From assembly GCA_903905335.1 (NCBI GenBank), contig CAIVGC010000047.1, positions 1-47,991 of the forward strand: a DNA stretch of 47,991 nt, given 5' to 3'. A program made the position numbers and the translations under genes. The notes beneath the pieces were generated by a model. That model made no database searches. It worked only from the letters and a program-made list of their open reading frames with translations, and was not told where the DNA came from. Below, piece after piece: positions 41,527-47,991 of the stretch (positions are counted from its first letter, which is position 1; every line of letters begins with the position of its first letter). This DNA comes from an uncultured Methylococcaceae bacterium (lineage in GTDB: Bacteria > Pseudomonadota > Gammaproteobacteria > Methylococcales > Methylomonadaceae).

Positions 41527-42495
41527 TTAGTGAATGTGATTAAATGCCGAATTAATCAGCGCCAATTGTTTTGTTGGGCTGATGGCTTGATTGAGGTGGC
41601 TTCGAGTTTCTAAGCTGATTGTATCAAAATGTTTAAAATACCAACTAATATGTTTTCGAGCTATTCTAACACCGCTGAGATTGCCATAGAAACTATATAG
41701 TTGCTCAAGGTGAGTTAGCAAAGTGTTATGTATCTCGCTAGTGCTTGGTTTATCAAGCTGGCGCCCTGTTTTAAGGAAATAATCTATTTGCTTAAATATC
41801 CAAGGATTACCTTGAGCGGCACGGCCTATCATGATGGCATCTGCACCTGTAGTAGCCAGTACATAACTCGCTTTTTGTGCTGAATCGATGTCACCGTTGG
41901 CAATGATGGGAATATTTACCGCTTGCTTAACCGCTTTAATGGTTTCATATTCAGCTAGACCGTTAAATTTACACGCTCTTGTTCGTCCGTGTAAGGTGAG
42001 AGCCGCTATGCCTGAGTTTTCTGCAATTTTAGCAATATCAACGGCATTGCGACTATGCATATCCCAGCCGGTACGGATTTTTAAAGTAACAGGAATATCA
42101 ACGGCATTGACTACAGCCTCTAATATTTTCTTTACCAACGCTTCGTCTCTTAGTAAAGCGGAACCCGCAGCAACCGAACAGACTTTTTTAGCGGGGCAGC
42201 CCATATTAATATCAATAATCTGTGCGCCACGTTCTGCGTTATATCGTGCAGCGTCAGCCATTTGTTCGGGATTGGTGCCTAAAATTTGCACCGAGCGCAG
42301 ACCTATTTCATCTTTGTGGTCTGCTTTTAATAAGGTGCGTTTATGTTCTCGCAAGGCTGGATTAGAGGCCACCATCTCGGATACTGCCAATCCCGCACCT
42401 AGTTGTTTACATAACGATCTGAAAGGATGGTCACTAATCCCCGCCATAGGCGCTAAAATTAAATTATTTTCGAGTAGATAGGGACCAATTTTCAT
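41527..42495 (-). CDS. dusB: tRNA dihydrouridine synthase DusB
   Basis: LAPMAG, DINMGCPAKKV, KIRTGW, HGRTR, NGDI, MIGRAAQGNPW. Confidence 0.96.
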   Translation of the reverse strand: MKIGPYLLENNLILAPMAGISDHPFRSLCKQLGAGLAVSEMVASNPALREHKRTLLKADHKDEIGLRSVQILGTNPEQMADAARYNAERGAQIIDINMGCPAKKVCSVAAGSALLRDEALVKKILEAVVNAVDIPVTLKIRTGWDMHSRNAVDIAKIAENSGIAALTLHGRTRACKFNGLAEYETIKAVKQAVNIPIIANGDIDSAQKASYVLATTGADAIMIGRAAQGNPWIFKQIDYFLKTGRQLDKPSTSEIHNTLLTHLEQLYSFYGNLSGVRIARKHISWYFKHFDTISLETRSHLNQAISPTKQLALINSAFNHIH

Positions 42496-42572
42496 AAGTT
42501 CAGCAAGGCGTTAAGCTAAAAGTAAAATACATGACCTTAGGGCTTATTGCCTTGTGCCTTTATCTTAAGGTG

Positions 42573-43100
42573 TTATTTATCGGTGGATTCATTCCAGATG
42601 GGGTTGTCTCGGTCTTCTTCATCTAACTTAATTATATCTTCAGGATAGATGTGCCAGAATGACTGATCAATTTTGGCGTTGCTATAACCTTCTTTCTTTT
42701 CATGGGTGAATGGACACCACCAGTTTTCAACAATCTTAACCAGATAAGCATGCCATTCAAAAACAGCAACACTGACTGGACAGTACCAAGTACAGTTTAA
42801 TATCCAATAAAGTTTTGATTGGGCCAAGCTCATTTTAAAAGAGCCGTCCATAGTAATTTGATTTTTTAAGTTATAACGATGACTACTTCTTTCAGGAAGA
42901 AAATCTGAAAAGGATTTAATGTTCGTTCCACCAATCATACGTAAGTGGTAATAGGTCAAATAGGCACTAAGAAATACAAAAGGTAAAGTGAATATAGGTA
43001 AATAAACAAGAGCAAGCCCAATGGTTCTTTGTAGGACGGGAACTTGCTTATGATTTTTACCGATTTCAGCTCGGCCAGAACAGGAATCACATGCTTTCAT
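42573..43100 (-). CDS. hypothetical Cys/Trp-rich membrane-associated protein
   Basis: 175-aa ORF with AAGGA ribosome-binding site, N-terminal CxxC, one hydrophobic segment, NCTWYCP and ENWWCPFTH motifs. Confidence 0.8.
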   Translation of the reverse strand: MKACDSCSGRAEIGKNHKQVPVLQRTIGLALVYLPIFTLPFVFLSAYLTYYHLRMIGGTNIKSFSDFLPERSSHRYNLKNQITMDGSFKMSLAQSKLYWILNCTWYCPVSVAVFEWHAYLVKIVENWWCPFTHEKKEGYSNAKIDQSFWHIYPEDIIKLDEEDRDNPIWNESTDK

Positions 43101-43261
43101 GGTTTAAATATCCTTGGATTTAGTTAATTTTTATTATGATGTGTTGCATAGCATTTATATTGAGAACAGTTAAAATCGTAAACCGAACCATTACAGAAGA
43201 AACTTTACAGCCTATCAGGGTAAAGTAATATGCATCTTACAGGTGCCCATAAATATGACAG

Positions 43262-43279
43262 AGCCATTCTATAATGGCT
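43262..43279. terminator. small hairpin after rlmI
   Basis: AGCCATT-CTAT-AATGGCT, extendable through GACAG/CTGTC. Confidence 0.4.
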
Positions 43280-43299
43280 GTCTTTATAGCTCAATGCTT

Positions 43300-44496
43300 T
43301 TATAGACTAGGCGAAACTGAGCAAAAGAATGTTTTTAGATATTCTGTTTCAGGCGCTGCAGGATCTATAGGATGATCTGGCCCTTGACCACCGCTAGCAA
43401 AAAATACTAAATGTCGATCTATATGCTTGCCTGAAGAACGTAAAATTTCATGTAAATTTTCACGACTTAGATGGAAAGAGCAAGAAGCCGAAACCAGAAT
43501 ACCGTTTTTGGATAATACTTGTAGTGCTAAGTGGTTTAAGCGCCTATAAGCCTCATAGCCTTGTTTAAAATCTTTTTTTCGTTTAACGAGTGCAGGTGGA
43601 TCAAGGACGATAATATCATAAAGCTGATTGTCTAGGCGGGCTTGCTTTAGAAATTCGAAAACATCACTACGCACAAAGTGCATTTTATCGCCTACCTGAT
43701 TAAGTTCAGCATTTTCTTTTGCTAGTGTTAAAGCGCTTTCAGAAGCATCGACACAAGTCACCTCTGTTGCACCAGCCATTGCTGCGGGTATACCCCAAGC
43801 GCCTGTGTAAGAAAATAAATCTAATACCCGTTGATCTTTGGCAATATTAGCGACTGAGGCCCGACTGCTGCGATGATCATAAAACCAGCCGGTTTTTTGG
43901 CCATTCAATATGTCGATCTTAAACTGCGCACCGTTTTCTTCGATAATGACCGAGTTAGGTAGTTGGCCGTAGGCGATTTCAGATTCTAAGCTTAAGCCTT
44001 CTAGCTGTCTCTGGCTGTTATCATTTTTGAGTATGATGGCGGTTGGGCTGAATAATTCTACAAGAGCAGTCAACAACGATTCTTTACGTTGCTCTATGCC
44101 GGCTGTAGTGATCTGCACTGAAAATACCGAGCCAAAACGGTCAATAACTAGGCCTGGCAAACCATCACTTTCACCAAAAACTAAACGATAATAGGGCTGA
44201 GTAAAGAGTTTTTCACGCAAGATCAGCGCAGTAGTTAAACGCTCTTTAAAAAAATTGCTGCCGCACTTTAGATTAGGTTTTCTGGATAGTAAACGCGCGC
44301 AAATCAGTGCTTGTGGATTAACATAAGCCGTACCCAAGACTTTGCCATCATCACTTTTAACCTGTGCTAGGTCGCCCGCTGTGAATTGTTCTAGCGGTGA
44401 GCGCTGGGTATCCACTTCATTGCTAAAAACCCAAAGATGCCCTTTTCGTAAGCGCTTGTCTTCGTTCTTTTTTAAATAGATTTCAGGTAGTGACAT
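43300..44496 (-). CDS. rlmI: RlmI-family 23S rRNA m5C methyltransferase (PUA plus SAM domain)
   Basis: GHLWVFSNE, ESDGLPGLVIDRF, GQKTGWFYDHR, LDLFSYTG, LDPP, SCS, ETEYLK. Confidence 0.88.
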   Translation of the reverse strand: MSLPEIYLKKNEDKRLRKGHLWVFSNEVDTQRSPLEQFTAGDLAQVKSDDGKVLGTAYVNPQALICARLLSRKPNLKCGSNFFKERLTTALILREKLFTQPYYRLVFGESDGLPGLVIDRFGSVFSVQITTAGIEQRKESLLTALVELFSPTAIILKNDNSQRQLEGLSLESEIAYGQLPNSVIIEENGAQFKIDILNGQKTGWFYDHRSSRASVANIAKDQRVLDLFSYTGAWGIPAAMAGATEVTCVDASESALTLAKENAELNQVGDKMHFVRSDVFEFLKQARLDNQLYDIIVLDPPALVKRKKDFKQGYEAYRRLNHLALQVLSKNGILVSASCSFHLSRENLHEILRSSGKHIDRHLVFFASGGQGPDHPIDPAAPETEYLKTFFCSVSPSL

Positions 44497-44606
44497 AGGT
44501 TTTTGAATTTATGTAATGTGAGATTGATAGAGCAAGGTGCATAAGCGCCAACTTAATGGTATAAGCGTTATCTGAGCAGATATCTAATGCCATCTGCTAA
44601 TGTTTT

Positions 44607-44651
44607 TACGTCCATGTAGTCTATATTCCGGCAGTCCATGCCGGAATGACG
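44607..44651 (-). repeat. CGTC-type REP-like palindrome
   Basis: Minus strand reads CGTC-ATTCCGGCA-TGGAC-TGCCGGAAT (perfect 9-bp stem at 44625-44647) with a ...CTACATGGACGTAA tail. Confidence 0.7.
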
Positions 44652-44698
44652 TACCTTGAAATTGTGTGTATCTGTTAGTGCTAAGCATGGCTAAAATG

Positions 44699-45577
44699 CT
44701 AGCGCTTAACGCCTTCAAGTCTGATCCAGTCTTCTTGTTGTACTAAGGGGCTGAAGATGATTTGATGCTGGTAGGCACTAATAACAGATTCGGCTTGTTC
44801 GTATAGAATACCTGATAAGACTAACTGGCCGCCGGAAATAACTAAGGCGCAAATTTGCTCAGCCATATCAATTAAGGGTTTAGCTAAGATATTCGCCAAG
44901 ACTATATCCGCCTGAAAAGGCGTGAAATGCTCAGGTAGATAAGTTTTAATTTTATCTACCACCTTATTTTTTAAGGCATTGCTTTCTGTGGCGGTGATTG
45001 CTTGCGGATCAATATCCACAGCATGAGCGACTTTAGCGCCTAGTAATACTGAGGCAACCGCGAGTATGCCAGAACCACAGCCATAATCTATGACGGTTTT
45101 AGTGCTTAATTCATGACTGGCCAGCCATTCCAAACATAATGCCGTGGTTGGATGTGTACCTGTTCCGAAGGCAAGGCCGGGATCAAGAGTCAAACAAACG
45201 GTACCCGACTCAACTTGTTCTTGATCGGTTGGGCATACCCAAAGCCTATCGGCAAATTTCATTGGCTTATAATATTCCATCCAAGCACGTTCCCATTCCT
45301 GATCGGCAATGGCTTCATACACCCAGTCATGCAAGTCATCGTTATTAAATTGCTTATAAACCTGAGATTTTATTAGTTCGGGATCAGCATCTAATTCATA
45401 GAGGGCAATGACTTGGGTGTTACTCCATATTTTGGTTTCGCCGATAGCCGGTTCATAGACGGGTTCGTCTTCGGCGTCCATGTAAGTGACGGATACGGCA
45501 CCTAGATCACTGAAAAAATCAGCTAGTTGCGGCGCAAGGTTTTCTTGGGTGATAACGGAAATTTGATGCCAGGCCAT
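44699..45577 (-). CDS. prmA: ribosomal protein L11 methyltransferase
   Basis: WERAW, LDPGLAFGTGTHPTT.LCL, DYGCGSGIL, DIDPQA, ANILA, LSGIL. Confidence 0.97.
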   Translation of the reverse strand: MAWHQISVITQENLAPQLADFFSDLGAVSVTYMDAEDEPVYEPAIGETKIWSNTQVIALYELDADPELIKSQVYKQFNNDDLHDWVYEAIADQEWERAWMEYYKPMKFADRLWVCPTDQEQVESGTVCLTLDPGLAFGTGTHPTTALCLEWLASHELSTKTVIDYGCGSGILAVASVLLGAKVAHAVDIDPQAITATESNALKNKVVDKIKTYLPEHFTPFQADIVLANILAKPLIDMAEQICALVISGGQLVLSGILYEQAESVISAYQHQIIFSPLVQQEDWIRLEGVKR

Positions 45578-45702
45578 AAGATAAGATATGTGATTTGAAA
45601 GTGAGGCTTGTTTGGGTTAGCCATAAAGTAACAAACATCGATAGCTAGATTCGGTAGATATATTTTATAGAGCTAAATTAAGGCTCGCCTATCCTAAAGC
45701 TG

Positions 45703-45963
45703 TTAATTAAGCGATTTATCATAGTCGGCATGACTGCCAATCCAAAACCATTGCACACCTAAATCAACTGGAGTACCAAGGGCGCAATACCCTAAGCTGA
45801 CGTATAAGCTACGAATTGCTCCGTTTTTAATGGACTTGAATTGCAGCGACGGATGCTGAGGATTCTGTTTGAATAGATCATAGTTATTGCGCGCTTGTTG
45901 TTGAATATTAGCAGGCAACGCGTCGAAATGTTGCCAGAACTTTGAAGAAGTAAAGTGCTTCAA
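45703..45963 (-). CDS. RelE/ParE-like type II toxin, probably inactivated (TTG start)
   Basis: FW..FDALP..IQ..A...Y.L...NP.HPSL.FK and WFWIGSHADYD; the usual S-V-R-V and Y-R-A-L segments read SLYV and YCAL. Confidence 0.75.
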   Translation of the reverse strand: MKHFTSSKFWQHFDALPANIQQQARNNYDLFKQNPQHPSLQFKSIKNGAIRSLYVSLGYCALGTPVDLGVQWFWIGSHADYDKSLN

Positions 45964-46159
45964 TGTTTACAAGCTGAGTCATTATGATATTCAACTAGTG
46001 CTTCAGTCGCCAGCTTATCTAATTTCCCCGCGTCTGCATCAGCGTCAATCTGAGCATCCCAAACAGTTTCTTAAACTGAGTAAACTATCGGCTAAATCCA
46101 ACCAATTCGTGAGCAGGTAATTGCTGAACAGCCTGCTTAATCGCTAGAATAGTGGTCAT
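45960..46159 (-). pseudogene. cognate antitoxin pseudogene
   Basis: MTTILAIKQAVQQLPAHEL..FSR, in-frame TAG at 46087-46085, FTQF, then a 1-nt frameshift to ETVWDAQIDADADAGKLDKLATEAL; its TGA overlaps the toxin TTG. Confidence 0.8.
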
Positions 46160-46179
46160 AAATTACTCTAGAATGTTTA

Positions 46180-46209
46180 GGTGGACGCGCTATCGCTTAT
46201 CCACCCTAC
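46180..46209 (-). repeat. GTAG-type REP
   Basis: Minus strand reads GTAG-GGTGGATAAGCG-ATAG-CGCGTCCACC, just past the accC stop. Confidence 0.75.
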
Positions 46210-46221
46210 AGAATTACAGAG

Positions 46222-47565
46222 CTAATAAATCCCTAACTTCTTTTCTAAATAATGAATGTTTTGCTGGCCTTGAGCGAAAGCGCTGTCATTCATAATGTCT
46301 TGCTGTAACGGTATATTGGTTTTAATGCCATCTATGATGATTTCACTCAAAGCCGTGTTCATACGCGCGATAGCACTTTTTCTATCTTCGCCATGAGCAA
46401 TCAATTTACCTATCATAGAGTCGTAATACGGAGGTACTTTATAGCCATTATAAATATGCGTCTCACAACGAATACCAGGGCCACCAGGCATGTGGAATTG
46501 ATCGATAGTACCGGGGCAAGGCATGAAGGTCTTAGGATCTTCAGCGTTCAATCGGCATTCAATGGCATGGCCGGTAATTTTAACTTGATCTTGAGTAATA
46601 GATAATCGTTCTCCTGCGGCAATACGCAGTTGTTCTTTAACAATATCAAAGCCCGTGATCATCTCGGTGACTGGATGTTCAACTTGTACGCGCGTATTCA
46701 TTTCTATGAAAAAGAACTCGCCTTTTTCATATAAGAACTCAAAGGTACCTGCGCCTAAGTAGCCAATATCAATACAGGCTTTAGCACAACGTTCACCGAT
46801 GAGTTTACGTTGTTCAGGAGTAATGCCAGGAGCTGGCGCTTCTTCCACTACTTTTTGATGACGACGTTGCATAGAGCAATCACGTTCGCCTAAGTGAATC
46901 GCGTTGCCGTGCGAATCAGCCATGACTTGGAACTCAATGTGCCTAGGATCTTCCAGAAACTTTTCCATGTACACGGTTGGATTACCAAAAGCACTGCCGG
47001 CTTCGGCTTTAGTCATCGCTATGGAGTTAATCAGCGCAGATTCAGTATGTACGGTGCGCATACCTCTACCGCCACCACCACCAGCCGCCTTGATAATGAC
47101 CGGATAGCCAATTTCTTGAGCCATACTTAAGTTCTTTTGATCATCGTCTGACAGCGGATCATTGTTTCCAGGGACGCAAGGAATACCTGCCGCCTGCATG
47201 GCTTTTTTAGCAGAAATCTTGTCACCCATCATACGGATAGTCTCGGCATTGGGGCCTATAAAGACAAAGCCACTTTGCTTTACTTTTTCAGAAAAATCAG
47301 CATTTTCGGATAAGAAGCCGTAACCAGGATGGATGGCTTCTGCATCGGTCACTTCAGCGGCGCTGATTATGGCTGGAATATTCAGATAGCTATCTGCTGA
47401 AGCCGCAGGGCCTATGCATACAGATTCATCAGCTAAGCGCACATGTTTAAGATCGCGATCGGCTTCTGAATGCACTGCGACGACTTTAATGCCCAATTCT
47501 CTGCAGGCGCGAAGGATACGCAAGGCAATTTCGCCGCGATTGGCAATAACAATTTTATTGAACAT
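46222..47565 (-). CDS. accC: acetyl-CoA carboxylase biotin carboxylase subunit
   Basis: [59 protein letters not shown]. Confidence 0.98.
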   Translation of the reverse strand: MFNKIVIANRGEIALRILRACRELGIKVVAVHSEADRDLKHVRLADESVCIGPAASADSYLNIPAIISAAEVTDAEAIHPGYGFLSENADFSEKVKQSGFVFIGPNAETIRMMGDKISAKKAMQAAGIPCVPGNNDPLSDDDQKNLSMAQEIGYPVIIKAAGGGGGRGMRTVHTESALINSIAMTKAEAGSAFGNPTVYMEKFLEDPRHIEFQVMADSHGNAIHLGERDCSMQRRHQKVVEEAPAPGITPEQRKLIGERCAKACIDIGYLGAGTFEFLYEKGEFFFIEMNTRVQVEHPVTEMITGFDIVKEQLRIAAGERLSITQDQVKITGHAIECRLNAEDPKTFMPCPGTIDQFHMPGGPGIRCETHIYNGYKVPPYYDSMIGKLIAHGEDRKSAIARMNTALSEIIIDGIKTNIPLQQDIMNDSAFAQGQQNIHYLEKKLGIY

Positions 47566-47579
47566 GGGATCCCCGCAGA

Positions 47580-47991
47580 TTATTCAATGATGAATAAGGG
47601 TTGGCCGTATTCGACCGGCTCAGCATTATCAACCAGTATTTTAGTAATAACGCCACTTTTATCCGCTTCAATTTGATTAAGAATTTTCATAGCTTCAATA
47701 ATACATAAGGTATCGCCGGACATAACCGATTGACCTACTTCGACAAACACTTTACTGCCGGGTGACGCTGAACGATAAAAAGTACCTACCATCGGTGATT
47801 TAACGGCATGTCCTGTTATTTTTTCTTCTACGGCAACTGCAGGAGTAGCGCTGATTGCAGTCGGTGCTACACCCATAGGTGCAGGTGCATAATTAACCTG
47901 AGTCGGTGCCGCAGAATAGCGACTAATGCGAATCGACTCTTCGCCTTCTTTGATTTCTAGTTCGGCAATATCGGATTCTTCGATAATTTCG
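47580..47991 (-). CDS. accB: acetyl-CoA carboxylase biotin carboxyl carrier protein, 5' end beyond the window
   Basis: SPMVGTFY and EAMK biotinylation motif; frame stays open to the window edge ([24 protein letters not shown]). Confidence 0.96.
   Translation of the reverse strand, partial: EIIEESDIAELEIKEGEESIRISRYSAAPTQVNYAPAPMGVAPTAISATPAVAVEEKITGHAVKSPMVGTFYRSASPGSKVFVEVGQSVMSGDTLCIIEAMKILNQIEADKSGVITKILVDNAEPVEYGQPLFIIE

Noticed and set aside
41888-42481. 197-aa plus-strand ORF
   Set aside because: Antisense shadow of dusB; the other short ORFs nested in dcw, pgi, xfp, ackA, SNF2, pur, prmA and accC genes were rejected for the same reason
45600-45700. Possible decayed REP between prmA and the toxin
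   Set aside because: Too degenerate to define stems or ends
47580-47876. accB as a complete 98-aa protein
   Set aside because: The frame stays open to the window edge with typical AccB N-terminal sequence; the track start is an internal Met

Overview
A gammaproteobacterial chromosomal window. Gene content and repeat families suggest a type I methanotroph of the Methylococcaceae (inference). It opens with the 3' end of rnpB and a complete dcw cluster (mraZ to ftsZ) in which murB and ddl form one 603-aa reading frame and lpxC is absent after ftsZ. An accessory region follows: an OprB-family porin; a ~470-bp foldback element whose two arms are built from oppositely oriented 21-bp units; a PAP2 phosphatase, MJ1255/VC2487 glycosyltransferase, PhoH and AI-2E transporter run preceded by a Pho box; a MITE; and a more GC-rich pgi-xfp-(phosphatase pseudogene)-ackA block. 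Next come an M14 peptidase and alpha/beta-hydrolase pair, a SNF2 helicase split at a T7-AAAC slippery run, and a DUF2272 lipoprotein. The window ends with the conserved accB-accC-prmA-rlmI-dusB-fis-purH-purD region, which carries a decayed toxin-antitoxin pair and several REP-type palindromes. The least explained features are the 21-bp-periodic foldback element, the putative phosphate-starvation glycolipid module, the SNF2 frameshift site and the MurB-Ddl fusion. All calls come from reading the sequence and motifs by eye; no searches were run.
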